Shown: positions 40,565 through 53,460 of the stretch, in pieces | How positions within the stretch are numbered: the first letter of the stretch is position 1 | Layout of the letters: every line of letters starts with the position of its first letter | DNA from: Mobula hypostoma | Lineage: Eukaryota | Assembly: GCF_963921235.1 (NCBI RefSeq) | Contig: NC_086108.1 | Location: forward strand, 42,968,001 to 43,032,000 | Direction: 5' to 3' | DNA length: 64,000 bases | Translations under genes and position numbers: made by a program | The notes under the pieces: generated by a model | The model's input: only the letters and a program-made list of their open reading frames with translations | What the model was told of the DNA's origin: nothing | Database searches by the model: none

Positions 40565-42628
40565 AATCTACTTGGAGATAATGGGTGTCTTAAAAGATAC
40601 GAAGGTAGACAAATCTCTAGGGCCTGAACACTGAGAAGCTGGATAAGAAATTGAGGGAACTCTGGTTGAAGTATATGCATCACTGTCAGCTGAGGGTGAG
40701 GTGCAAGTAGACAAGAGTAGTAAATGCTGTAGCTTTATATAAAAAGGACTGGAAAGAAAAACCTGGGAACCAAAGACCAGCAAGTCTAACATCTGTGGAG
40801 GTATTGTAAGTTACTGGAGTGGGAAAAGGTGTACATGCACCTGGAAAGGTGGATTGATAAGGCAGTGTCAGCATGGCTTTGTGGGTGGTACATGCAGACA
40901 TCCCACCCTGCAAAAACTCATTTCAGGGAGGTAGCACCATCAATTTGTGGAGACTCCTGGAACTTCCGGGAGAGGTGAGATGTCTGCAATAGAGTAGCTC
41001 CTTAGCAGCTAGCCAGCTAGTTTAAATAACGTTAGCTATGCTAATGAATGAATGACACCTGTTAAACTCATCTCAACATGTCTTGTACAGTCTTAACCCA
41101 CCATGGGCAATAGAAAAGTCACTGTTGCAAACAGTGCAGTGAGCAACACTGTCATTATTTTGACCTCTATTAGGCAGGGGTACAGTTTAGTGTAGTTTGG
41201 GGTGACGTATGTTTTATATTTTCTTTTTTAGCAATACTCTGCCACTCTGACTTTTATTGAACTCTCTTCGCTCTTGCTCTCGCTCTCTCTCGCGCGCGCG
41301 CACTCTTGCTCGTGGTTGCTCTCACTCGTGCTTGCTTTCTCACTCTCGCTCTCCCGCGTGCGCTCTCTCGTCGCTCTCACTCGCGCTTGCTTTCTTGCTC
41401 TCGCGCTCGCTCTCTCTCTCTTTCTCGCGCGTTCTCTCACGCTCGCTCTCAAAAAAATCAATTTCCGGAACATTGTATATAATTTGCGGGCATCAGGGAG
41501 CCACTATTAATATGCGGGAGACTCCCAGAACTTCCGGGAGAGGTGGGATGTCTGTATATGTCTTATGAACTTGATTGAGTCTTTTGATATTGCGACTAAA
41601 AGTAGTTAACAGCAGGGCAGTTGATCTGGTGTATATGGATTGCTGTAAGGCCTGTGAAGTTCCACATGGTGGGCTGCTGTGGAATTTTAGATTGCATGGA
41701 ATCCATGGAGTGTTGGCTAACCGGATACACAATTGGTTCAATGAAAGCAGAGACTGATGGTGGAAGGTTGTTCTCAGAGTGGAGGCCCCTGACTAATGAT
41801 ATGCGTCTGATCAGTGCTGATCACCTCTATCAACAATTTGTGTAACGTACAAGGCATGGCTAGTAAATTTGCAGATAACGCTAAGATAGCTGCTGTAGTG
41901 GACAATGAAGAAGAGTTTCAAAAATTACAGGTAAATCTTGATCAGCGAATTGGAGTTTAATTTGGATGAGTGCAAAGTATTGCATTTGGGAAATCAAATC
42001 CAGTTCAGACTTTCACAGTGACAGCAAGACCCTAGGAAGTCTTGCAGAACCTTGGAGTACGTGCATGTATGTGGTTCACTGAAGGTGTCATTATAGGTAG
42101 ACAGAATGGTAAAACTTTTGGCACCCTGGCCTTCATCAGTCAAAGCAGAGTATAAAAGTTGGGAGATCATCATGTGGTTGTACAAGATACTCATGTGGCC
42201 ACACTTGAAGTATTGTGTTCAGTTTTGGTTGCCCTGCTATAGGAAACATGTTATTAAACTGGGGGGGAAATGCAGAAAAGATTTACAAGGATGTTGCCAG
42301 GATATGAGGGACTGAGTTACAGGGACATATTGGACAAGCTAGGATCTTGGCGCATAGGAGACTGAGAAGTGATCTGATGGTGTTGGATAAAGTCATGAGG
42401 GGCATTGATAGGGTGAATGCATTTGGTCTTTTTCCCTGGGTTGGGGAATCGAGAACCAGAGGGCATGGGTTTAAGGTAAGGGGAAAGAATTAATAAGATT
42501 TAGAGAGGCAACTTTTTTTCTTTAGAGGAAATAGTTGAGATGATACAGTAACTACTCTTAAAAGATTAGTTGGACAAGTAACTGGATTGGAAAGATTTAC
42601 AAGGTTATGGCGCAAACACTAGTAAGTG
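40565..42628 (+). mobile_element. Old CR1 LINE fragments, interrupted by a DNA element
   Basis: VDLVYMD..KACEVPH, KFADNAK, PHLKYCVQFWLP, SRTRGHGFK. Confidence 0.8.
40895..41554. mobile_element. Non-autonomous DNA element with 13-bp TIRs and an internal (ct/cg) microsatellite
   Basis: cagacatcccacc / ggtgggatgtctg; flanks tacatg / tatatg; low-complexity tract 41265-41450. Confidence 0.7.
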
Positions 42629-43262
42629 TGTTCAGTGCTCCCGGTGTGGCCTATTGTATGTTGGTGAGACCCAACGTAGGTTGGGAGACCACTTTGCTGA
42701 GCATCTACACTCCGTCTGCCAGAACAAGCGGGATCTCCCAATGGTCACCCATTTTAATTCCACTACCCATTCCCATTCTGATATGTCCATCCATGGCCTC
42801 CTTCACTGTCAGGATATGGCCGTTCTTATGTTGGAGGAACACCTTGTATTCCATTGGGGTAGCCTCCTGTCTGATGGCATGAACATCGATTTCTCAAACT
42901 TCCAGTAATGCCTGCTCCACCACCCCCCTCACCATTTCCCATCCCCTTGTCCCTCATGTTATCTCCTTGCCCACCCATGGCCTCCCTCTGGTGCTCCTCC
43001 TCACCCCTTTTTTCTTTCTTCCATAGCCTTCTGTCTCTTTCACCAATCAACTTCCCAGTTCTTTGCTTCATCCCTCCCCCTCCAAATTTCACCTATTGCC
43101 TGGCATTTTTCTCTCCCCTCCCCCTACCTTTCAAATCTACTCCTCAGCTTTTTTTCTCCAGTCCTGCCCTGCCGAAGGGTTTCAGCCCGAAATGTCGACT
43201 GTACTTTTTTTACCATAGATGCTGCCTGGCCAGCTGAGTTCCTCCAGCATTTTGTGTGTGTT
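42629..43262 (+). mobile_element. Penelope-like element 3' fragment (GIY-YIG endonuclease C-terminal part plus terminal repeat)
   Basis: CSRCGLLYVGETQRRLGDHFAEH...HFNS...GMNIDF; exact 11-bp flanking duplication actagtaagtg (42618-42628, 43263-43273). Confidence 0.88.
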
Positions 43263-45479
43263 ACTAGTAAGTGGACCTAACTTTGTTGGCGCATTTTAGT
43301 CAACATGAAGTAACTAGGCCTGTTTCCATGCTATATGAACTCTTTTCATAGAACTGTACAGCACAGAAGCAGACCCTTCAGCCAAACTCGAGGGTGACAA
43401 AAAGAATAACTGATCGAGTTCCTATTTACCTGATAGGCCCATATCCCTATTCACCACAGTTTGGCCAATTCATTTGATCTTTTAATATTTTTAGTAATGT
43501 AATGCTTCCAATTATAAACATGTTCCTTTTTAATTTGGCAAACTTGTTTTCCCATCTTGTCATAAATAAAGGATTGATTCCCAAACACATTTCCTCACAG
43601 ATGACACTAATTACATCCTGTGAAATGGAGTACACAACTGTTCAGACTCATTAAATCTATAAGCATCACTTTTGGTAAACAACCTCTTAGACTTCATCAA
43701 ATGCCTTCAAGAAATAAGTATAAATAACATTAATATTTATTCCTTGTATTCTTAGTCTATTCATAAAAGTCATTAAAAATGATGGCAGGATTGGATGAGG
43801 CTCATGATTTGCACTGTTGCCCACATTCAACACTCCCAGGAGATCTTGTTCAAAAGGCTGTTCATGGTAGCTGTGATCTAAATGGAAGGAAAAAAATCTG
43901 ATTACTGCAGATAAAAGATTTATCTGTACTAATTTCAGACAATTTATATACTTCCATTTACTTTTATGTCATTGCTTTGCTTTGTATTTTTGGCAAATGA
44001 AGCTCTTGCACATTTGGGATGTAAACTGATTATGTTGCATTTTAAGGAAAATTCCTTACATTGATCTTGTGTTCTACATGTACATATTTGCTCAGTTTAT
44101 AGTGGATGCTTTCTAGTCCAGTCAGTTCAAGCTCACCCAATCCAGAATCCTTATTTATTTTGTTTGTCAATCAATTCTTTAGGTAAGGATGAATTGCCAT
44201 AAGGCTGAGAATGGCTGCCAAGTTAACACTCAATAATACTTTTATAAAATAAATATATAAATATCCCTACAAGTTAACTATGTGTTTGCGACTCATTCGG
44301 TTGCCATTAATTCTCTCTCATATTTTATTTGTAAATCAGATTCTTAGGGTCACAGAGTACAGGTGTATAAACTTAAGATTTTTTGCCTTGAATCTCGTTT
44401 CTAACTTGCGTTTTCTTGATGCACTTACTTTATACTTTTAAATAAATATGTAATTGTTCAATAATTAGAATTTGAGGGTATCAAGTGATTGTTTTATGCA
44501 CTTGAATATAGCTCTTTAAATTCATTGTATTACCACTTTGCATTCCCATTATATTATGTATGAGAGCTTGTATGTCACCTCCAGTGATGGGTAAAAGATG
44601 CTGCTCCTATAGGTACAGAGATGGCTGCATTAAAAGAAATTCTGCCTCATCATGGAAATGTGAAGTTTTGCAAACCAGAAAATGACTTCATTGCCATGAT
44701 TGGAGCTATAGAACTTGTAAATTTTCCCATTTTTAACTTTCCTTGTACCCTTGCTAAACATTTCTTCAAATATTAGCCCAATTTTCAGCCTATAATGAAT
44801 TCTGTTCCAATGGTTGTTTTCAGATTGCCTCCTTTTTTTGTTCTCTAATTTATCTCTTTGTTCTTCTGACCGTCATTCTGAAGTTGTTCCCAGTTACCAG
44901 TTCATTCATCATCATGATCATCATTGCCAGTTGTACCAGTGTCCATTTTCCTGGTCTGCCTCCAGTCTGCCTGTCCAAACCAAGCCAAGATTTCCAAAAC
45001 TGCTGCTCTGCGTCTGGAATCACATTCTCGCTCTGCCTAATTGTGTACTGCACATAGCTTCCTTCTGCGGTGTCATAATCGTGTTAAGCTCTGAGATCCA
45101 ATATCTAACTATTCTTGTACATGCTGTCTCAGCCTATTGCTTTAGGTCTTCTCATCTAAGCTACAACAGTGACATTTGTTCCGGCAGAGTGAGTTACCTG
45201 ACGAACTCTTCACTTCAGCACTAGGAATACTTTGAGGCCCCTGAGAGCAGCCCAACTCTGAAAATTGCTGCAGTTTTACAGTATGTAATGGAACCTGTGT
45301 TCTCTGGCATCTGGGTTGATTGGCATCTAAGAATGAGTTTAGCTACATTCCGTAAATGAGTTAAATTGAAGGAAATTAATTGCTGACCTGAATATGAAGT
45401 CAGTAAGACATGGTGCTTTCTTTTTAGCTGCATTTGATAGTAATACCAGGCCACGTTGAAAGAGAGCAACCTGTTTTAA

Positions 45480-45707
<228 letters not shown>

Positions 45708-46079
45708 TAAGACTAAGAAGGATTTTTTAAAAAATATATTGCATTTTTATCCCTTTACTTAGTTTTTGTTTTAAGGAAAATAATATATTATTTTATCTAT
45801 GTAAAATTGAATGTATCATTCTGTGTTTATGGTTTTAATTTACCTGGTTCTACTTAATACCACTTAAGTTTTAGCATATACATAAATTGATTTTATTTCT
45901 AAGATATTTGAGATATTTGGATATTTGTTGCTCTAAATAACATTTGTTGATTTTTTTTCCCCCACTTTGATTAGAACTACTCCCAGTTGCACCATCTCAA
46001 TGTAATTAAGAAAATACTATTCCAGTATTTAGAGGGCAGCTTTATCCTATAGATTATCTAATGTAGCCAATTTTTTTTA

Positions 46080-46338
46080 TTTATTGAGATACATTGCCCT
46101 TCGAGCAATGCCACCTGGCAATTTCCCGATTTAATCCTAGCCTAATCACTGGACAATTTACAATGACCAACTAATCTACCAACTGCTACACCTTTGGACT
46201 GTGGGAGGAAACCGGAGCACTCAGAAACCCACGTGGTCACAGGGAGAACGTACAAACTCCTTGCAGGCAGCGGCAGGAACAGAACCTGGATCGCTGATAC
46301 TGTAAAGTGTGCTAACCATTATGCTACCATGCTGCCCC
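46080..46338 (-). mobile_element. tRNA-derived V-SINE (HE1-like)
   Basis: Minus strand: A-box-like tggtagcataatggttagc, then V-domain gtttgtacgttctccctgtgaccacgtgggttt...ccggtttcctcccacagtccaaag. Confidence 0.8.
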
Positions 46339-47892
46339 GAGCAGGTATGAGGTGCCCCTTGATATCAGACTCGTTATCAAGAGCAATAATTAGTGACTGC
46401 TTCTAATTATCCCTGCAAAAGAGGTGGTCAACTGATGACTTGATTGACTGCAGTCCTCAGTTTTGCTACCGAAGGAGTAATACGATGTTGACCATATCTG
46501 TAATAAAGGAACACATTTCTATTTGAGGATAATATATGATTTGAGGAAGTTGCAGTGCTTTTGCAGCCCTCATCTTCAAAGTCAGTAGTGGATAATGGAT
46601 TGTAAAGTAACATCAAAAATGCTGGACTGCGTGTCTTTTAGATGATGCATGCCGCAGCAATGGTCTGCCAGTGAAAGAGGGAGCTATTGTGTATACAGTA
46701 TGTTGATGTCTTTTTGACCCATGTCCAAATTTCACATGAGAGTGGTAATCCCTGCTCATAACTCCATTCAAGTAAAAACAGTTGAGCAGATTAAAACAGT
46801 CCAAATTCAGTTAACACTTCTACTTTTTTCTAATTTTAAACCAAGTGCAGTATTAAGATCTACTTAATATTTATTAAGCTGTTTCCATTCTGACCAGATT
46901 CTCAACTTTACTCGAGCTTCTATGTTGAAGTGTACCATTTAAAACCAATCTGCAAAAATTCACTGTTCAGAAGCAGAATTTGCAATTTCAGATGACAGCC
47001 TACAATGCAACCATACTTGAAGTGTTTAGATCTTATGCATACATGTCCTTCCCAGCCCATGTATGACTGATTTGCGTACAACCTGTATATATGAACAAGC
47101 ATTTGGGAAACCGGAAGATTGGATTTACCCGCTGCTGTGGGACTGCAGGCATCTTCTGCCAGTTGAGGACTTGGTTTGTGATTGCATTTCTAACGCGAAT
47201 TGTTCGTGTTACAGACAATTCACAGGAAAGCAGTCACCTGGGGACGATCTGTATCTATCAAGTGTGATTAGATTGATCAAAGTATTTGGAAGGGCAGAAA
47301 AAAATTGAAAGGAATGGGAAGCTATACAGTTTACTGTTGAAACTCTCTAGAAATTGCATGAAGAAAGTTGTTTCTTGTTTGGATGCATTAGAGAATTGCA
47401 CCCAAAATGCACTTGAATATACAATAGTGACGTTTATCTTCAGGTTTGTACTAAAATTCCTAGTGTGATCAGTACAACAATGAAACCAGTGTTGTCAGGG
47501 AACATAACAAAAGATACCTGTTTTTCCTCATATTAAAACATTCCTTGATGTAATAAAGAACTGTAACTAGTAATTTTATTAATACCTGAAAAAGGGTTTT
47601 GTGGCATCGCAATAAGCATTTTAAATAAGGGTACCTGCTCCTATATCATTCAAAGAATGCTTATAATGATATATCAAACCATGTGACAGTTTTATTGGCT
47701 TTCCACAAATTTGTTTCATAGTTCAGGCAACCCTTACCACCCCCTCAGCTTTATTGTGTTTCTGTAAAACTATTGATACAACTTTCAGAAATAAGGCAAT
47801 ATTCAACCCCAAGATATTTAATTAAATTTTCAGTCCACATCATTCCTGCACAGATTGAAAGGGTGTATTATTAGCTACTTGTAGTCATCAAA

Positions 47893-48256
47893 GGGTGGCG
47901 GGGTGGAGATGTGTCTCTACCAAAGGAGTTGTACCACACTCCTTCCCTCTGCCAGCTTGCAGGTCATCTTTGGGCAAGGTGTACCATCTGCATAGCTCCT
48001 GGATCAGAGTCACATCAAGTCATGGGAGCAAGCAATGGATGGTTGCATGAGTGGCAGATGCATATCACAAGTCCTGGTAACGTGACCACTGATGCCAGGA
48101 AGACAATTAATAATGGCTGGGGACACCTATCTTGGAAGGACACTGAGAAGGCAATTGCAAACCGCTTTTGGGGGAAAAAATCGCGAAGAACAATCAGGGT
48201 CATGGAAAGACCGTGATTGCCTATGTCATATGCCACGGCATATAATGAACGAACAA
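47893..48256 (+). mobile_element. Short non-LTR retroposon (SINE or LINE tail)
   Basis: 11-bp flanking near-duplication tagtcatcaaa / tagttatcaaa; (gaac)n tail; family not identified. Confidence 0.5.
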
Positions 48257-48683
48257 TAGTTATCAAACAGTTAGACGTAAAGCAGATAGAATGTGATATA
48301 GAGTATTCTGGGACAAAAGTATACCTAGACTAAGATATGAAAAACATTGGGATTTTTAAATAACAGACAGTGGGATTCAAATGCATATTTCATGTATACA
48401 TATGCAATTTAAGTGAAAATACAACCAGAAGAATTTTGGGTTTTATAAATGGTTGTGCTATGATACTCAAATCAAGGCATTTGTTAAGACATACTTTGGG
48501 TGGGGGGGGGGGAGGAACCTTTCCCATGCATTTCTAACAATTACAGAATGGAATGTTCATCAAAATGGTACTTACTGAAGTAATAAATACATCGTAAATT
48601 TCCATTATGGTGTATGTTGTATTATATGTCAGTTGAAAGCTGTTTTTTAACAAGAAACTTCTGCTGATCTGTTTTTCTTATAG

Positions 48684-48774
48684 TGTCTTTTTCCTTGGAA
48701 CCTTCCTGGTGATAGTTGCAACGTTTTTGTATGGATATGAACCGAAGAACAGCACAGATCCAAACAAAGCATGA
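48684..48774 (+). CDS. SLC35A3: SLC35A3 last coding exon ([30 protein letters not shown])
   Basis: Acceptor tttcttatag; TGA at 48772-48774; C-terminus matches the SLC35A3 ATFLYGY.PK pattern. Confidence 0.96.
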
Positions 48775-49238
48775 TGCAGAGTCGGTTAGCAGAACACTTC
48801 ATTCATGTGCAAGTGTAAAACTTGTTCAAAGGTCTAAACGCTAGCACCTGAAGCACTTGGAGTTGATATTAAGGAAATTGTTGGCCATGATAACTTTCTC
48901 AAATGTGAGAAATAATCAGTGATTAGAGTAGTGGCACTCAAGACTTGAAATATTGGTGGTTAAATGCAAAGCATCACATATTAGACAATTAAGTAGCCGA
49001 AAGGATCATGCTTGGCCTCATGGTCATAATCTATGCAATGTGCAATCAGGGTTCTTAATTAGAGGTTTGCTGGTGAGAGGGGGTGATTTTGAGAAACTGT
49101 TTTAAATCAAATTGAAGGCAATTGCTTGAGTAATTATTTGAAAGAAGACAACTTGTTTTTAAATGGGAACATACTGGACAGCTGGCCTACGATCTGGTCT
49201 TCAACTGTAGATAGCATAATTTAGACCAACTCTTTAAA

Positions 49239-49244
49239 AATAAA
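49239..49244 (+). terminator. Candidate proximal polyadenylation signal of SLC35A3
   Basis: AATAAA about 465 nt after the stop codon; no transcript evidence. Confidence 0.3.
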
Positions 49245-50040
49245 TACAATTTATTTCTAAATTGTATAAAGAAAATTCTAAAACAAGCTAAGTTTTCATT
49301 TGCAATTTCTCGGATAAACTAATGTGGACCATTTCTGTGCTCCCAAACTGTAATTTCAGATTTAAATGGACCAAACCATAAAATTTGATCCCAAAAGATT
49401 GATTAAGAATCCAGAAACTTGTGATGGAAATTGAAATGAATTTATTTAATCTCCATAAAGCATTCGTAAACTTGTATATTAGTATCACACTGTATTAAAT
49501 CGTTTACTGTTGTAGATAAAATAACTTATTTTGTCTGTATAGTTTTATAATGGTAGTCACCAGAAAATGGTAAGTCTATCTAATTTTTTTTTTGATTCTT
49601 GCAATGAGTAAACTCAAAACATTTGTGAAGGAGGGAAAAATGCTTTATCTATTGTTTAAATGTTCTCTGATTCTTTGCTGTGAAATGACCAGTGCTACCT
49701 GATAAATGCGTAATGAAAACTTCGGGTTGGGAACAGTATTAACAATCGCTCTTGAATATTACAAGAATGACTGGATTCTTTAAACGGTCTTCTTTACATT
49801 GTTTTTCTTGGTATCACTTTGCCCTTGAGCTTGTACATAAAATACTGTCCATCTAATATAAGTATTAAATTTGACTATTTGTTTAATCTATTTTGATAGA
49901 AGACTTACAAGAATTGTACAAGGGAATTTGTAGGATTTCAGTAGGATATTCTAAGATATCAACAGCTTTGACCTGACATTAACCCCAATTTTCTTTCCAC
50001 AAATGCTACCTGAACTAATGAGTGTTCATAACATTTTAAA

Positions 50041-50228
50041 CATAGATGCTGGAAATCCAAGCAACACACACAAAATGCTGGAGGAAATCAGCAGATCAGG
50101 CAACATCTATGGAAATGAATGTTTCGGGCCAAAACCCTTCAAAGGGTCTCAGCCCAAAATATTGACTGTTTATTCATTTCCACAGATGCTGCCTGACTTG
50201 CTGAGTTCCTCCAGCATTTTGTGTGCGT
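50041..50228. repeat. Penelope-derived fold-back element within the putative SLC35A3 3'UTR
   Basis: ~55-bp inverted arms at ~50065-50120 and ~50172-50226. Confidence 0.8.
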
Positions 50229-51872
50229 TTATACATTTAATGTTTGTACCTCAGACTTCCAGCATCTTCATTGTTTATAAGTTAAAAATCATATGTCAAC
50301 TTTAAAGGATTTTATTGAATTAAATCTTCATTGGAATATGCAATGCCCTGTCACTATAACCAAGACTTCATCATTCAAATGTTATTACATAATGTAAATG
50401 ACAGCACTTTTCAGATTGTTCTTTTGTCAAAAATGAAGTTTTTTTTCTGGGGGTGAATTTGAAAGATGCTTTAATGTCAAGAAGTTTTGAAATTAAGTAT
50501 GGTATTCCACACAACTAATGTTAAATACGTATTGATTTGTGAGCCAGGAATTTATTGCTGCTTGGTTAAACCTTGCACATTTTAAATGAAATTTGTGTTT
50601 CCCTATTTTGTCAATAATTAATATGGTTATCAATTACTGCAACCTGATTGATTTTATTTTTGAATGCTACTAAAACTCTTGTTTTATATTAGACAGTTAC
50701 TGGCAGCTGATGTTTTTTGCTCCCTCAGCTATTATTTTCTCTGCTCCAAATTTACCAATATTTAATACTAAGTTCCTGAAGGCATTATCTTTTACTTTGA
50801 TAAGGTTACAGAAATATTGGTTTTCCGTGGCAGTAAATCAGCCATTCCTTATACAGTGCTTGAAAATGAATGTTTGCTGTGTTCTTAATTCTGAAGTTAG
50901 TTCTGAGTGTCAGTCATCCATTGTCCATTCTATGTTCACCTCCTCAAAAACATGAACTTTTAGCAATGGTGTTTAGTTGGAAATGGGAGTGGGATCTACA
51001 AAGGATTTTCTTGTATGTTTGACCAGTGAGGCCAAAGGTAGTCCAACAAGAACGGGCGTATTTATGATCTGCTGAATCAATATCAACTGGCAGCTTTCCC
51101 ATTTATTTGAATGCTCTCCCAGCCGCAATAGGAGATAATTGTGTTCACAAGCTTTGCAACTATTTTTTTGCTCCCACTTCAAAGCCAATAACGAGACCTC
51201 TTTGTATTCATAAAGGCATTATTTTAAAGAATCAACAATAGGGTAATGACATGCAGTACAGCTGACTATTTGGGTGCATTCAGCTCAGTGAAAGCACTGA
51301 AAGAAAAATGGCTTTTGAATTGTTAAATGCTGTAAACATGCTAAATCTCTAATTACAGAGTAGATGAAGGGTAGTGGAATTGGCTGAATTTCATAAACAC
51401 TAATTCATTAAATATTTAGTTTTTCCCAATATAATATTTTGGCTTCATAGTTTTGACGAGTGATGGTACTGCATGAAATTCTTTTGCTTTGAGTACCTGG
51501 TATATTTGAAAGGATAAATTCAAATAATATTTAGCTCCTTGTGAGCTGGTGTCCATGTTTGCAACTTTTAATGACAATATATTCACATTACAAAAATGTA
51601 CTGTATTTGTATGAAAGTGTTTTAGCAATGTTACTGTATATTCCAATGAAGAAAGTCCACAGCAGCTTGCATCACAAGTATCAATCGTAATGCATTGGTT
51701 TGGAATGGGTTTCTTGTTGGGGGAAAATGGGATCTAAAAGTTCAAAATTCCTCCCATTTTTAAATCATATTAAAGATGTGCTTATTTGACAATGGTAAAA
51801 TGGATTTAGAATTTTTTTCAATTGTATTTTAACTTTTCTGTAAATCTGCCAAATTGGAATGCATATTTTATA

Positions 51873-51878
51873 AATAAA
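51873..51878 (+). terminator. Candidate distal polyadenylation signal of SLC35A3
   Basis: AATAAA followed by U/GU-rich sequence, near the end of a ~3 kb almost TE-free AT-rich block after the stop; TE-rich DNA resumes at ~52120. Confidence 0.45.
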
Positions 51879-52119
51879 GTCTTTCTTTGGATATTTGGAA
51901 GTTTGTCTAGTTTAATGGACAAGTAATATTGAACTAATTACGTTGTGAGCAAACAACAAAAATGTATGGAAACATTGAGACAACATTCATAAGATTTAAT
52001 GCAATTATGAAAATAAGGTACCTATTTTGAGCGGGCATCGATTATACCAGTGCCCAGGAAGAGCTTGATGATCTGCCTCAAAGATTGTTGCCCAGTTACA
52101 TCCACAGTGATGAAGTGTT

Positions 52120-53460
52120 TTGAGAGGCTTTAAATTCCTTGGTGTTATCATTTCAGAGGACCTGTCTTGTACCCAGTATGTAAGTGCAATTACGAAGAAA
52201 GAATGGCACCATCTCTATTTCCTTAGGAGTTTGTGGAGATTTGGCATGACATCTAAAACTCCGACAAACTTCTATAGATGTGTGGAGAGTATATTGACTG
52301 GCTGCATCACAGCATGATTTGGTGACACCAATGCCATTGAACAGAAAATCCTACAAAAAGTAGTAGATGCGGCTCACTGCATCACAGGTAAAGCCCGCCC
52401 CACTATGGAGCATATTCATATGAAACACTGTCGCAGGAAAGCATCATGCATCACCAGAGACCCCCACCACCCAGGACCTGCTCTCCTTGCTGATACCATC
52501 AGGAAGAAGGTACAGGAGCCCTAGTACTTTTACCACCAGATTCATAAACAGTTATTACCCCTCAACTATCAGATAGAAACATAGAAACATAGAAAATAGG
52601 TGCAGGAGTAGGCCATTCGGCCCTTCGAGCCTGCACCGCCATTTATTATGATCATGGCTGATCATCCAACTCAGAACCCAGCCTTCCCTCCATACCCCCT
52701 GACCCCTGTAGCCACAAGGGCCATATCTAACTCCATAGCCAATGAACTGGCCTCAACAGTTTGCTGTGGCAGAGAATTCCACAGATTCACCACCCTCTGT
52801 GTGAAGAAGTTTTTCCTAATCTCGGTCCTAAAAGGCTTCCCCTCTATCCTCAAACTGTGACCCCTCGTTCTGGACCTCCCCAACATCGGGAACAATCTTC
52901 CTGCATCTAGCCTGTCCAATCCCTTTAGGATCTTATACGTTTCAATCAGATCCCCCCTCAATCTTCTAAATTCCAACGAGTACAAGCCCAGTTCATCCAG
53001 TCTTTCTTCATATGAAAGACCTGCCATCCCAGGAATCAATCTGGTGAACCTTCTTTGTACTCCCTCTATGGCAAAGATGTCTTTCCTCAGATTAGGGGAC
53101 CAAAACTGCACACAATACTCCAGGTGTGGTCTCACCAAGGCCTTGTACAACTGCATGTTGAACCAAAGGGGATAACTTCACTTTCGTCATCATCGAAATG
53201 TTCCCACAACCAATGGACTCACTTTCAAGGGCTCTTCATCTAATTTTATTAATACTTATTGTTTATTTATTATTTTTATTTATTTTTGTATTTGCACAGT
53301 TTCTCTTCTGCAGTCTGGTTAAACACTCAAGTTGAGCGGGCTTTCATTTATCCTGTTACGGATGTTATTATATAGATTTATTGAGTTATAAACACAAGAA
53401 AATGAATCTCAGGGTTGTATATGGTGACATGTATGTGCTTTGATAATAAATTTACTTTGA
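52120..53460 (+). mobile_element. Rex/Babar LINE 3' fragment split by a CR1 insert
   Basis: FKFLGVIISEDL, FYRCVESILTGCITA; 3'UTR ending gataataaatttactttga. Confidence 0.8.
52572..53155 (-). mobile_element. Young 5'-truncated CR1 insert
   Basis: Uninterrupted 161-aa CR1 ORF2 C-terminus; (atagaaac)n tail. Confidence 0.9.

Noticed and set aside
41228..41568. Arg/Ser/Ala/Leu-rich ORFs on both strands
   Set aside because: Translations of a (ct/cg) microsatellite inside a DNA element.
46280..46338. tRNA gene
   Set aside because: Degenerate tRNA-derived head of a V-SINE; no full cloverleaf.
46985..47308. Possible extra exon or ORF (47063-47308, 81 aa) in non-repetitive last-intron sequence after a tttcag acceptor
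   Set aside because: No recognisable protein; splicing from the phase-2 donor at 45703 gives an immediate stop; no supporting motif.
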